From IMG/VR virus record IMGVR_UViG_3300035157_001159, positions 1 through 64,000 of that record: a DNA stretch of 64,000 nucleotides; one strand, written 5' to 3'. The translations under genes and the position numbers were made by a program. The notes beneath the pieces were generated by a model. The model saw only the letters and a program-made list of their open reading frames with translations, was not told the origin of the DNA and searched no databases. The first letter of the stretch is position 1. Each line of letters starts with the position of its first letter. The DNA is from a virus. Shown here piece by piece: positions 20,901 to 31,181 of the stretch.

Positions 20901-23000
20901 TGGTTAGGTAATTCTGGTACAAACCCATTAGCACCTAGTATCTTTGGTGGTGTTCTTATAGTTTATGCTTCAACACCTACTAAGAATGTTGGTGCTGCTT
21001 TAGAGGATGTTACTGTTACTGTTGCCTCACCAGGAACAAATAATCTTCAGTATAATAATACAACTGGTTCTTTTACATTCACACCATATCTTCTACCTAC
21101 AGCAACCGCAAGTGATTTAGGTGGTGTTAAGGTTGATGGTACTACTATTACTATTAGTAATGGAGTCATTACAGCATCTGCTGCTGCTCCAAGTGTTTCT
21201 GCTCTTACTGATACAACAATATCTTCTGTAAATGATGGAGATATCCTTAAGTGGAATGGTGCTAAATGGGTTAATGATCCACTATCAAATAGTACAGGTG
21301 TTCCTAGATATACTGCTGTATCTAATTTCCCTGCGGCTGCTGCGAATCAGGGTCAATTAGCATTCTCTGATAATAATAAGTCATTATATCTTTCTGATGG
21401 AACTGATTGGACAGGACAGAGGGTAGTAACTACTGATTTCCAATCATCTGATTTCGCATCTATATTAGATAATTTTGAAAAGACTTATACAATTTCTGCT
21501 ACTAGTTATTCTGGTGGAAGTGGTTCATATAATAATGCTAGAAAGAGGATAAAGTTATCTGATAGTGAAACAACTCCTAATGTATCTCAGTTCGTTCTTC
21601 ATGCTGGTACTGGATTATCAATATCAGCTACAACAAATGCTCAGAGTGAAACTGAGATTGGATTATCTGTAAATTCTGGAAGCTTTAGCATGACTGCTGA
21701 AGACTCAAGTGGAGAATCAAATTCTATTCTAAGACTGACTGATAATCTAGCAAGTTCAAATGCTAATACTGATATTACATTTGCTGGTGGTAATGGATTA
21801 GTTATTTCCAGAACTGACGCTAATACTTTATTATTCACACAAGCTGATGCTAGTGGTACTGATTATACTGATACTGAAGCAAAGGCTGCTGCAGGTGCTG
21901 CTCTAGCACAAGGAACTCACGCAAGTATTAATGGTGGAACAGTAGGGTTCCAATATAATTCTGTTAATAAAACAATTGGAATGACACTTACTGGTGCTAC
22001 TTCCAATGAGAATACAACTTATGATCTTCTAGGTAGAAACACTACAACTAATGAAGCCTATATTGATTTAAAGGATAGTGATAATAATACAGATAGCATT
22101 CATTTCCAAGGTTCTAACGGAACTACAATTTCTTGGGATGCTACTTACAAGAGAATTACAATTGATAGTGCCACAGTTACTACTCCAGATTGGAATGTAA
22201 ATGGTGGTACATCTGCAAATCCTACAGGAACTGCTGGTGGCATTTTAAACAAGCCAACACTAAAGGATATAGCAACAACTGGAAAAATTAAGGATGCTAG
22301 TGACTTTGATGGAACTGCTTCTGATGATAATAATTCATTAAGATGGAACAATACACAACAGAAATGGATAGCATCAACAAATAATCTTGCTGATCTTTCC
22401 GATGTTTCTAATGCTACACCAGCAGACGGTCAAGTATTGAAATGGGATGATACAAATTCAGTATGGAAACCAGATACTGATGAGTCTGGTGCTAGTGGAT
22501 CAACAGCATTTAAGGGATTAAGTGATACACCTAATGATTATACTAGTTACGCTGGTAAATTCTTAAAGGTTAATTCTGCTGAGAATGGATTAGAGTTTAC
22601 TGATGCTGCTGGTGCTTCTACTATAAATGATGTTAATGCTACAACAGCTACTACTGTTGCTAATAATGCTTATGCTGAATTGGATATTACAGGTGAAACT
22701 GTATATACATTATTTAAAATTAAGCCAAGTGTTGCTTCATGGGTTAGATTATATGTTGATGATGCTTCAAGACAACTTGATGCTACAAGAAGTGAGGGTA
22801 GCGACCCAGTACCAGGAAGTGGAGTTCTTGCTGAAGTAAGAACTACGGGAGCAAATCAAGAGGTGTTAATAACACCTGGTGTTATGGGATTTAATAATGA
22901 TTCTCCAACAAGAACTAAGAAAATTTATGTAGCAATAAATAATAGGAGTGGTAGTGCCACAACCGTAACCGTGACGTTAACCATACTAAAATTAGGATAG
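17910..23000 (+). CDS. long tail-fibre-like protein, 1696 aa
   Basis: Repeats such as LSDxxxxxPxxGQVLK, GGTLTYEDVTN, DTTPQLGG; poly-Gly linkers; one cupredoxin-like module. Confidence 0.82.
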   Translation: MARFRSGRVPHQHIGITSFTDNKLVLDVIGNANISNDLDVGGDLRAPSIIVSGTAPAEFDDVRARNLRISGIATFLGNVSIGGTLTYEDVTNIDSLGIVTARTGIDILSGPLGAGGTDGKEGQYLKSVGYGVTWSDFPQLRASTTFVMSAGQVLINHSYNSVFVDVFYNGVKLLRNTEFTANNGTQIVLLSPAFDGDIVEVISYNTINTTGGGGGGGGGAQVSVGDTAPNDAASGDLWWKSNEGQLKIYYSDEDSSQWVDAAAGGGGGGAVSYTLTPATDSVLGGIKVGTGLTITATGILSTTGNNSGGGGSGTLEGLSDTTISSPQTGQVLKYEAGQGWINDSASGGLSDIISDTTPQLGGDLDINGKKIVTTSNSHILFQPNGTGKVGIGNITVPYSLFHIKGSTPGITLQRSADSESSFIAFRTVSGTVGGNIVHESNGNDITFGSLDNSNILQERIRLSSTGVRLAGITTVNGNVDINGNLDVSGSLNGVSYITSGSYGSTKTIDVKVVTKTSAHRYFGTGSAKGYTLDGLESPFLTLIPGITYRFDQGDTSNETHQLRFYLDSGRLTEYTTGVTFNGNAGTAGAYTEIEVSDSTPIGLHYQCVNHPLMGNSTQSNANGINSPYDAVLGGKLQVADLATFEGIVDVNNIMKATTVVSENIIQNSVVYAGLGGQLRGDNHLLYDENSFKVSGKNFQVTGAHSSFDTVVVSGIATFAGITTFTSENVYIDESLYIKKELWVTGVKITGGDEGADPPSYGADIVTRNLKTTGIVTTVGPVNFESNVTFDSTYDAIWDKNASKLMFMDGARATFGDSDDLEIIHTANKNIIHSVGAGTTIESQINTSTIHEINQSGIVVSGVATATKFSGDGSGLTLLPTLNTLSDVTAPTPSDGNVLKWNDSVGKWQAQADATGGGGGGGSETVIVPVAYAKVNQDTAGTGTNMTWGAYNSSNGEMIFTFVGAQSDANYYVLAEREQYDTHTVSITNKTTTGFKATWLGNSGTNPLAPSIFGGVLIVYASTPTKNVGAALEDVTVTVASPGTNNLQYNNTTGSFTFTPYLLPTATASDLGGVKVDGTTITISNGVITASAAAPSVSALTDTTISSVNDGDILKWNGAKWVNDPLSNSTGVPRYTAVSNFPAAAANQGQLAFSDNNKSLYLSDGTDWTGQRVVTTDFQSSDFASILDNFEKTYTISATSYSGGSGSYNNARKRIKLSDSETTPNVSQFVLHAGTGLSISATTNAQSETEIGLSVNSGSFSMTAEDSSGESNSILRLTDNLASSNANTDITFAGGNGLVISRTDANTLLFTQADASGTDYTDTEAKAAAGAALAQGTHASINGGTVGFQYNSVNKTIGMTLTGATSNENTTYDLLGRNTTTNEAYIDLKDSDNNTDSIHFQGSNGTTISWDATYKRITIDSATVTTPDWNVNGGTSANPTGTAGGILNKPTLKDIATTGKIKDASDFDGTASDDNNSLRWNNTQQKWIASTNNLADLSDVSNATPADGQVLKWDDTNSVWKPDTDESGASGSTAFKGLSDTPNDYTSYAGKFLKVNSAENGLEFTDAAGASTINDVNATTATTVANNAYAELDITGETVYTLFKIKPSVASWVRLYVDDASRQLDATRSEGSDPVPGSGVLAEVRTTGANQEVLITPGVMGFNNDSPTRTKKIYVAINNRSGSATTVTVTLTILKLG

Positions 23001-23007
23001 AAAAAAC

Positions 23008-25791
23008 ATGGCAGTAACTACCAATACAGTATCTGTAGGAACTGGAGACAATTGGACTAATTCACAATTATTAGACGCTATGGAATCAGCGTTCCAAGCA
23101 TGTGGACTTCATGGTGGTACTGCTAGATATGGAGTTCCTACTGCCTGTCTTGCTCCTGGTTTATCGTCAACTTCAGACAATCCTTCTGATTCTTCTACTA
23201 CTGGTGGTGTAGGTTCTGAAGCGTGGAAGACAGCAGCTCCTGCATTATCATATAGGACTAATCATGCTAGAAATTATGACGTAACACAAAAGACTGGGAA
23301 TACTGCTTGGATTATAAAAGAATATTGGCAACCAACTGGTGCGTCAAATGCTAATGATACATTAACTGTTCCTGCTAATTCCGCATTAACGACAGGAAAG
23401 GAAGTTGTTTGGTGTCCAGGACAATCAGATCAATCTTATAATATTTCTTTACTTACTTTAGGGCAAACCTATTGGGTTATACGTGTAGATGCTACAACAA
23501 TTAAATTAGCAACGTCTTCTACTAATGCTTTAAATGGAACTGCACAAAATATAGGTGGTGATGCTCCTACTGGTGGATGGACTGTAAATACAAGATTATA
23601 TGAACCAGCAGGTGCTACTTCAGAGAATAAAAAGATATCTGTTATAATGGGGGATACTATAAATTTACATTTTCCAAACAATGATGGAAGAAGTTTTAAA
23701 ACATATCAACAAGATTTACCAGGTGGTGATACTTTAGATAGTGATAAAGAATGGACGTATGATAATAGATCTAACCTACATTCACCAGGTATAGCATGGG
23801 GTAGTGATTGGTCTTATTTTCCTAATGAACAGAATACTAGTGGTACTGAGTGGTATGTGGGTAATCCATCTTCAACTGGTGATATAAAACGTTGGAGAGT
23901 TAGTACTAATAATGGGTTAAATCAAACTGATAAGGTAAAAACTACTGATTCAAATGGAGTAACACTATCGTTTAGTGTTGATAAACCTGCTCATATGAAT
24001 CAAGGAGGTATTATTGAGGCCGCATGGGGGACTAATACATATGACCTGGAACAAAGAAATTATAATATTGACAGAGGATGGTACACATCTAGTCCAAAAG
24101 TATATTCATACATTCATCCAACTCATTCTGCTATGAAGGGTGAGATTGAGATACTTCCTGGATATAATAATGGGTATAATTATATTAATCCTTTCTGGGA
24201 TGTTGAAATACCTAATACTAATGGTGGTGGAAGTGATGCTGGTGCTACAAATTTATTCTTAAGAGTTCGTAGATGGCATGGTTATAATAATTCTACACAT
24301 GGTGGTCGTATCAAAGATGTACAGGTTATAAATGTAGCATCAACTGCTACTAATCCATATAATTCTGGAACTGGATTAGGTGGTGGATGGAAGAGTTCGA
24401 CAAATCATTCTTTTACTATACTTGGTTCAAAGATTGGTGGTGTTGATGGTACAGATGATCTTGTTTTTGGTGAAAACACTGCAGAAACTTCTACTGGTGC
24501 TAGTGATGGAAAACCTTCTTTGATTTGTACAGATTTTGGTGGAGCGAATGATGGTAAGTTTTTCTTAAAATCAAAGCATGGTAGGTTCGCAGTTCTGAGA
24601 GTAGTTAATGATGCTACTAAGAAGTATGGAACCACCTTCTATTCATTCTCATTAGCTGATGGTCCTGGTGATGCTTATCAGAATACTATGTTCATTAATT
24701 CTGGTACTTATGTTGAAGTAATGAATTGTATGGGGATACATCATAATAAGAATGAGGGTGGTTTTGGTGATGATGATATCTTTGAGTATGGTTATTTTTG
24801 TGGTGTAATGGGTGAAGAGAGACAATATGCTCCTTATTGTGCTGTACATAATGGATATGTTAATATGGATGATTATCTAGAAACATCCAATCAAATTAGC
24901 TATGGATCTTTTTATCGATTCTGTAAGCCAACTAATTCAAATGACGCTGCATTAAAAATACATTGGTATAAAGGAAACAATGCCCAAGATCCTAATTTTT
25001 CTATATTGTCTTTTGTACAAACAGTTAATACAGAAGCTATTACTTGGTTTACTTTTAGTATTCCAAAAGGACCTCAATTTATGAATCCAAATCCTGGAAT
25101 TGATTATGATGAACTCTATAATGGATCAATTACTCGATTTGGTCATGATAGAGAAACTAATTATTATTCAAGTGAAGTTAAGAATGGATGGGATGATTCT
25201 GTTTTTGTTACTGCTACTCGTATCCCAGGATGGACAGCTGATTCAAAAAGTACAGTAAGTGATCCTCCTACACTATACACAAAATGTAGAGACGCAATGT
25301 GGGGTTATTTAAGAACTTATAGAGGACTTACTAATAGTGGTTGGACTAGTGCTGGTGGTAAGGCAGAAGTAGTATCTCGTTGGCAACCTTCTATAGCAAC
25401 TTATAAAAGAGGTAATGATTATGATTGGAATAGTCATGGTACATTTTATTATAGGAATTCTGATATTGATAAGATTAGTAGTGCTACGTCTTCCGCAAAC
25501 CAAACAACTGGTGTTTCTGCCACCTCAGATTATTATAGACCAGTAAAAGGTATTCCTCTTCAGTCAAATCTTGTTCCTTGTCCATATTATCTACCAGATG
25601 ATTTTGTATTAATTCATATAGGTGCTTCACCAGGAGATACTGAATATAGGCAGGGTGATACTATAACAGTTATATCTGGTGTTGAAGTTTACCAAATAAT
25701 ATATGCTTGTTATAATCAAGCTGAGTATGATTATGATGAAGCTGCTTCAAATTTAGTTAATGGTGTTCTTCTCTGTGCGAGGATTACTTAA
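23008..25791 (+). CDS. virion structural protein
   Basis: 927 aa, Thr/Gly/Asn-rich, within the fibre operon. Confidence 0.7.
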   Translation: MAVTTNTVSVGTGDNWTNSQLLDAMESAFQACGLHGGTARYGVPTACLAPGLSSTSDNPSDSSTTGGVGSEAWKTAAPALSYRTNHARNYDVTQKTGNTAWIIKEYWQPTGASNANDTLTVPANSALTTGKEVVWCPGQSDQSYNISLLTLGQTYWVIRVDATTIKLATSSTNALNGTAQNIGGDAPTGGWTVNTRLYEPAGATSENKKISVIMGDTINLHFPNNDGRSFKTYQQDLPGGDTLDSDKEWTYDNRSNLHSPGIAWGSDWSYFPNEQNTSGTEWYVGNPSSTGDIKRWRVSTNNGLNQTDKVKTTDSNGVTLSFSVDKPAHMNQGGIIEAAWGTNTYDLEQRNYNIDRGWYTSSPKVYSYIHPTHSAMKGEIEILPGYNNGYNYINPFWDVEIPNTNGGGSDAGATNLFLRVRRWHGYNNSTHGGRIKDVQVINVASTATNPYNSGTGLGGGWKSSTNHSFTILGSKIGGVDGTDDLVFGENTAETSTGASDGKPSLICTDFGGANDGKFFLKSKHGRFAVLRVVNDATKKYGTTFYSFSLADGPGDAYQNTMFINSGTYVEVMNCMGIHHNKNEGGFGDDDIFEYGYFCGVMGEERQYAPYCAVHNGYVNMDDYLETSNQISYGSFYRFCKPTNSNDAALKIHWYKGNNAQDPNFSILSFVQTVNTEAITWFTFSIPKGPQFMNPNPGIDYDELYNGSITRFGHDRETNYYSSEVKNGWDDSVFVTATRIPGWTADSKSTVSDPPTLYTKCRDAMWGYLRTYRGLTNSGWTSAGGKAEVVSRWQPSIATYKRGNDYDWNSHGTFYYRNSDIDKISSATSSANQTTGVSATSDYYRPVKGIPLQSNLVPCPYYLPDDFVLIHIGASPGDTEYRQGDTITVISGVEVYQIIYACYNQAEYDYDEAASNLVNGVLLCARIT

Positions 25792-26102
25792 TGACTGCTC
25801 ATGATTTAACTAATTCTATGTCATCTGGTGCTGCTTTATATGGCAATTTTCGAGATACTAATAATAGAAATATTAATGTTTCTAGAGAAGGTGGTGGTGT
25901 TAATATTGCGTATGAAGAGATGAGTCCTATAGATGAGGACAATGTTAGGACTAATTTTAGTTCTATTGTTAGGAGGATAAGTCCTACAGCTGTCCTTGAG
26001 GCATTTACTATGAATAAGTTATCAAGTTCTATTCGTGGATGGATAACTGGTCGAAGACCTGCTACGGGGCAACAATATCCTAGAGGATATTACAATAAAT
26101 AA
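25791..26102 (+). CDS. hypothetical protein
   Basis: TAATG-coupled to the upstream gene. Confidence 0.65.
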   Translation: MTAHDLTNSMSSGAALYGNFRDTNNRNINVSREGGGVNIAYEEMSPIDEDNVRTNFSSIVRRISPTAVLEAFTMNKLSSSIRGWITGRRPATGQQYPRGYYNK

Positions 26103-26124
26103 CATCTGGAGGATGATGTAAAGT

Positions 26125-26619
26125 ATGGCCATACAATTTCCACAAGGTCCTGTTATTGGACAGGTTCATAATGAATCTGGTAAGAGTTGGGTTTTTGATG
26201 GGTTTACTTGGGTTGTTCAATTACAACTTCCTATTGGTTCGGCAACTACTCTTGGTGCTTTCAGAGTAGGAAGTGGTTTAGGGGTTGATCCTCAGACTGG
26301 AATTTTAACTGTTACTGATGCTCCAGCACTTGCTGGAATATCTACTAGTGGATCTACTGCTTTTAATGATTTAACTGTTACTAATTTAAATGTAACTGGT
26401 ACTCGTTTTGGTGAACTTGCTGGTGGAGAAAGCACAGTTGGGAGTAGTGGATTTTTATATAATGTAATATCATTTCCAAGAACAATTAGTGTTACTGAAC
26501 ATACATCAGTCACTCCAAATATGCTTGATGATATAGCATATGTTAAACATGAGGAAGTGTTAATTAATGAAGATGTAGATTTAACTATATCTGATGGAGA
26601 CTTTATAATATTTCATTGA
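26125..26619 (+). CDS. small fibre-like structural protein
   Basis: MAIQFP...W.FDG..W N-terminus; ATTLGAFRVGSGL repeat also seen in 17910..23000. Confidence 0.65.
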   Translation: MAIQFPQGPVIGQVHNESGKSWVFDGFTWVVQLQLPIGSATTLGAFRVGSGLGVDPQTGILTVTDAPALAGISTSGSTAFNDLTVTNLNVTGTRFGELAGGESTVGSSGFLYNVISFPRTISVTEHTSVTPNMLDDIAYVKHEEVLINEDVDLTISDGDFIIFH

Positions 26620-26630
26620 TCTATGATCAG

Positions 26631-26638
26631 TATAAATA
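26631..26638 (+). promoter_or_regulatory. T4-like late promoter
   Basis: Intergenic TATAAATA. Confidence 0.75.
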
Positions 26639-26660
26639 CAATTAACATTGGTAATAAGTA

Positions 26661-28196
26661 ATGTCTAGGCTTAGAGCAGATAAATTTGTTAATAAGGCCG
26701 CTGCTGGTGCACCAGAATTAACTTATGGAGCAAACATACCAGTTAGTGGTACTCTTACTGGTGATGGGGGAGTTAATATAAGTGGAGTTTGTACTGCTGG
26801 TAAATTTGTAGGAGATGGATCGGGACTATCAGGTGTTACCGCATCTGGTACAGGTATTGTTTGTTTAGAGGATGAATCTCTAGTTGGTACAGCAGGTACT
26901 TTTAATTTTGGAACAAATATTTCAGTAAGTCCAGTTTCTGCTGGTGTTGCAACAATAACTTCAGTTAATACAGATACAAATACTACTTATGGTATGCTAC
27001 CTGTATTGGATGGTAGTAATGTTAAATTAAGATTAGCTGGATCAGATGGATCTGAAGATGATACTCTATTAACAGCAGGTACAGGTATTTCTTTTGCTGG
27101 ACTTACTGCTAATGGATTCACAATAGAAAGTTCAATAGTTGGTTTATCAAATGTTGTAGAAGATACTACTCCTCAACTTGGTGGTAATTTAGATCTTAAT
27201 AGTAAAATTATTGAAGGTACGGGTACTATTAATATTACGGGTGGTGTATCAGCGACTATATTTACTGGTGCTTTTAATGGTGCTGCTAATGGATTAAGTG
27301 GTACTCCAGATATTGCTGTAAGAAATATTGTTGCTGCTGCTGCGACCTTCACTGGTGACGTAAGCATTGGTGGAACTCTAACTTATGAAGACGTAACTAA
27401 TGTTGACGTATTGGGTATATCCACATTTGCTAATGATGTTTATTTTGAATCAAATTACAGTGGCCTTGATGCTGATGCCATGTATTGGGATACGAGTAAT
27501 GGAGCACTTCAGTTCCAAGACTCTGTTAAGATATACATGGGTCCAACTTCCACATCAGTTGCTTCGACTCAACCAGGTCCTGGTGCTGGATTAGAAATAG
27601 AAGGAAATTCTAGTTATGGACTTATAAAAGGAACAAATAATATATTAATTAGAGCTGCTCAGTATGGTGGTAATGGTGAAGTTGAAATTCAAGGTGCTAC
27701 TAGTAACAAGGGTATAAAAGTTACAGGTGGTGCTGGAGTACAGATATACTATAATGATAATGAAAAAATAGTTACTACTAACACAGGAGCGATAGTTACT
27801 GGAGTATTAACTGCTACTACATTTAGTGGTCCTGTTGTTACTGATGATTTAACTATAGGTTCAACGGTTGGAATCGCAACCTCAGGTGGAGTGTTTACAG
27901 CAGTTCCTGGAGCACCTGAAGATTTAAATATTTTCCCTGTTGCTACTGAAGATTATAAGTCTATTGAGTATACGGTTCATTTCACTAATGGAAATAATAT
28001 ACAAGCACAGAAGATCCTAGTGATGCAGAATGGATCATCCGCATATTATACTGAGTATGCGATTATGTCTAATCCAAATAAGATAGCATCTCTTGGAGCA
28101 ATAGTTAGTGGTGGTAACTGTAAATTACAAGCAACACCTGAATCTGGTATAAGTGGTGTAACCACCTTTAGATTAGTTAGACAAACTATACTATAG
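26661..28196 (+). CDS. tail-fibre-like protein
   Basis: Shares GGTLTYEDVTN and EDTTPQLGGNLDLN motifs with 17910..23000. Confidence 0.75.
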   Translation: MSRLRADKFVNKAAAGAPELTYGANIPVSGTLTGDGGVNISGVCTAGKFVGDGSGLSGVTASGTGIVCLEDESLVGTAGTFNFGTNISVSPVSAGVATITSVNTDTNTTYGMLPVLDGSNVKLRLAGSDGSEDDTLLTAGTGISFAGLTANGFTIESSIVGLSNVVEDTTPQLGGNLDLNSKIIEGTGTINITGGVSATIFTGAFNGAANGLSGTPDIAVRNIVAAAATFTGDVSIGGTLTYEDVTNVDVLGISTFANDVYFESNYSGLDADAMYWDTSNGALQFQDSVKIYMGPTSTSVASTQPGPGAGLEIEGNSSYGLIKGTNNILIRAAQYGGNGEVEIQGATSNKGIKVTGGAGVQIYYNDNEKIVTTNTGAIVTGVLTATTFSGPVVTDDLTIGSTVGIATSGGVFTAVPGAPEDLNIFPVATEDYKSIEYTVHFTNGNNIQAQKILVMQNGSSAYYTEYAIMSNPNKIASLGAIVSGGNCKLQATPESGISGVTTFRLVRQTIL

Positions 28197-28204
28197 TGTG
28201 AAAC

Positions 28205-30649
28205 ATGGTAGGTATTGGAACGACAACAATAACTCCTAAATTTCAGGAGTGGTTAAAAACACAACCTAAAGAACCTGTAGGTGATGTAAAAAAGAAATAT
28301 GTTGTTACTTGTAATGAACCAAAAGATTGGACAAGTATACATCAAGTATTACTTAAGGATGGTACTTTAGAAGACAATATCCCAAACCAATCTGTACAAT
28401 GTTCTGATGTTAAGCAACATAGTTCCACTAGAGGAACTTATATATTAAATGAAACTGAGGTTGCTGATTTACGTAAGCATCCAAAAGTAAAGGATGTTAA
28501 TATTGACACTGCTTCTTATCCTGGTACTTATATGCCAGATCCAGCAGCGATTTCAGATGCTGTAGTACAAACTTCAAGATACGCAAATACTGTTAAAAAT
28601 TATAGGGGTGATCCTGCCACCTTCCTTCCTGCTAGTCCAGGAGCATCAGAGAAAGATCGTACTAGTTATCAATTGATGAGGTGTCAGCAGAAGAGTAATC
28701 CTTGGGGAAACAATGTTAACCAAGTATTAGATGATAAACCTGCTCTTTATGGATCTGGTAAGGATGTTGATGTTATAGTTGCTGATCAGGCTGCTTGGTT
28801 AGGTCATATAGAATTTCAAAATAATTTAGGAGGACCAACTCTTTATGAGGGTGGAAATACTTTAACAAGGAAAAATATATCTACTACTTCAGGATCATGT
28901 GATGTATTAGATCTTGTATTGGATGCTCCATATTATATTGATCCTGATTATTTTAATGCTAATCCTGCAGGAAGATTAACTACTCGTTGGGATGGTACAA
29001 CTGTTCCTCTTGAGTCTGTTGCTTTAGGATGGTGGACTGATGGTTCTAAGAGATCGGCAATATTTGCTAATATAGGAACTGTTGATCTTGCTAGTAGTGG
29101 ATATACTAGAGATAGATGTAATGGTAGTAATGTTACGATGCCAACTCATGGTAGTAATGATTATCATGGAACACCATGTGCTTCTTTAGCTTACGGTAGA
29201 AATTATGGTTGGGCATTCAATGCTAACAAATGGTATATTAATGCTTATGGTACATATTCAACAGGAGTAGAAAAATATTTTGACATTGCAAAAATATTCC
29301 ATCAGAATAAACCAATTAATAATACTTATGGTACAAGGGATGCTACAATAAGTAGTAATAGTTTTGGATATAGAAAGGATCTTCCAAACCAAGCATATCA
29401 TTTTTACCGTAAAGGACTTTCTGGACTACTAACTCAAAGTTATTCTATAGATGTAACTGCTGCTGGATCTGGTGCTTATACACTTTCGGGAACTGATAAG
29501 GCTGGAAATGTTAGTGGTAATAATCCAACAATTACATGTAACGCAGGAGATACTCTTAACTTTGTTGTTGATGCTACAGGACATCCATTTTGGATAAAGA
29601 CTACTGCTGGAACAGGAACAGGAAATCAAGCAACTGGTGTTACTAATGGTGGTACAGTATCAGGAACAGTTACTTGGACACCAAGTGCTGCTGGAACATA
29701 TTATTATCAGTGTGAATATCATGGTGGTATGGTTGGGCAGATTGATGTTGGTAATTCACAGGCTGCTGGTACTCAATATACTGCATTGAGTCAAGTACCT
29801 TTTATGGATAATTTTTGGCAGGGTGCTATAAGATTTGAGTATGTTGGAAATAGTTTGGTTACTGCTGGTGATGAAATGATTGCTGCTGGTGTTATTTTTG
29901 TTTGTTCTTCGGGTAATACAAATCAGAAATTGGTTAAGGCAGATCACCCAGATTATAATAATTATTGGTCAACTGCTGGTGACGGTTCTTATGCCAATTC
30001 TCAGACATTTGCTTGGGGTTTTCAAACATATAATAGTATTAATAGACAGGGATTTCCTGGAATGATAGGTAAGACAAGCGAAAATGTATATAGAACTATA
30101 CCTGTTGGTGCTATGGATACTGATTTAGAATCAACTTCAGGGACTGGGCAAGAGAGAAAAATTGTTTATAGTAATATGGGAAACTTAGTTCCATTTTATG
30201 CTCCTGCTTATGATGTTCTTTCTGGATGTGATAGTAATACTAACACAAGATATAATAGATATGATGCGTATTATACTATAAATGGTAATCAGTCTGTTGA
30301 ATCTGAGGATTGTAGATTTGGTGGTACTAGTGCTGCTTGTCCTATAGCATGTGGATTGATTGCTACTAAACTTCAATATAATAGGGAATGGTCTGTTGAG
30401 GATGTTTTAGATTGGGTTACTAATCAGGTTGGCACTTTGGATGCTGCTGATTTTTTTACTGGAACAGAATCTCAAACCTTTAATGATTCAGAATGGACTG
30501 ATCAGAATAATACTCAAGGTGGAGAACCTATTATAATCTGGGATGCTGCTACAGGAAATGAGACAGAATCTGGTGATGAGAAAATACAATTAAGATTTAG
30601 GAATGCTGGTGGTATCCAAATAAGTGGAGTCAACTTTATAAATACCTAA
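28205..30649 (+). CDS. subtilisin-like (S8) serine protease with inserted cupredoxin-like domain
   Basis: DVDVIVAD (Asp), HGTPCAS (His), SSGN (oxyanion), FGGTSAACP (Ser); insert GHPF...YQCEYHGGM. Confidence 0.82.
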   Translation: MVGIGTTTITPKFQEWLKTQPKEPVGDVKKKYVVTCNEPKDWTSIHQVLLKDGTLEDNIPNQSVQCSDVKQHSSTRGTYILNETEVADLRKHPKVKDVNIDTASYPGTYMPDPAAISDAVVQTSRYANTVKNYRGDPATFLPASPGASEKDRTSYQLMRCQQKSNPWGNNVNQVLDDKPALYGSGKDVDVIVADQAAWLGHIEFQNNLGGPTLYEGGNTLTRKNISTTSGSCDVLDLVLDAPYYIDPDYFNANPAGRLTTRWDGTTVPLESVALGWWTDGSKRSAIFANIGTVDLASSGYTRDRCNGSNVTMPTHGSNDYHGTPCASLAYGRNYGWAFNANKWYINAYGTYSTGVEKYFDIAKIFHQNKPINNTYGTRDATISSNSFGYRKDLPNQAYHFYRKGLSGLLTQSYSIDVTAAGSGAYTLSGTDKAGNVSGNNPTITCNAGDTLNFVVDATGHPFWIKTTAGTGTGNQATGVTNGGTVSGTVTWTPSAAGTYYYQCEYHGGMVGQIDVGNSQAAGTQYTALSQVPFMDNFWQGAIRFEYVGNSLVTAGDEMIAAGVIFVCSSGNTNQKLVKADHPDYNNYWSTAGDGSYANSQTFAWGFQTYNSINRQGFPGMIGKTSENVYRTIPVGAMDTDLESTSGTGQERKIVYSNMGNLVPFYAPAYDVLSGCDSNTNTRYNRYDAYYTINGNQSVESEDCRFGGTSAACPIACGLIATKLQYNREWSVEDVLDWVTNQVGTLDAADFFTGTESQTFNDSEWTDQNNTQGGEPIIIWDAATGNETESGDEKIQLRFRNAGGIQISGVNFINT
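30637..30644 (+). promoter_or_regulatory. T4-like late promoter
   Basis: TATAAATA just upstream of 30661. Confidence 0.75.
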
Positions 30650-30660
30650 AAAACTTAACT

Positions 30661-31170
30661 ATGGCACAAAAAGGTTTTGGTGTAAAGGAGTTAAATATAG
30701 CAGCGGCTGCTTCTGGTAATCCTGCCATAGAAGCTGTTACTGATGAGTTAGATTTAAAAGCTGCTAAGATTGGTATAAGCACCGATATTCAAGTTGGTAG
30801 AAATGTAAATGCTGTTGGTATATTAACTGCCTCTTCTGTCAATGATGATGCAGGTAATGTTAGACAGATAGTTAGTAATTCTAAGTCATCTACCTATCAG
30901 ATAGTAAAGGGTGATGTTGGTGAATTAATTAATACTACTGCTGGTGTTACGATTCCAGCAAACCTTACTCCAGCATTTACTGCTGGAGATGCGATTACAA
31001 TTTATAATAATAGTGCTAGTGATATTACAATAACTCAAGGTTCATCAGTTACAATGTATCAAGCAGGTACTTCAAATACTGGTAACAGGGTTCTGGCACA
31101 GAGAGGAGTTGCTACTGTATTATGTGTAGGAACTAATACGTTTACAATTATTGGCGGTGGTCTGAGTTAG
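30661..31170 (+). CDS. short fibre/adaptor structural protein
   Basis: Beta-rich C-terminus ending TIIGGGLS; first gene before three Gly-rich genes. Confidence 0.7.
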   Translation: MAQKGFGVKELNIAAAASGNPAIEAVTDELDLKAAKIGISTDIQVGRNVNAVGILTASSVNDDAGNVRQIVSNSKSSTYQIVKGDVGELINTTAGVTIPANLTPAFTAGDAITIYNNSASDITITQGSSVTMYQAGTSNTGNRVLAQRGVATVLCVGTNTFTIIGGGLS

Positions 31171-31181
31171 GGGGATTTAAA

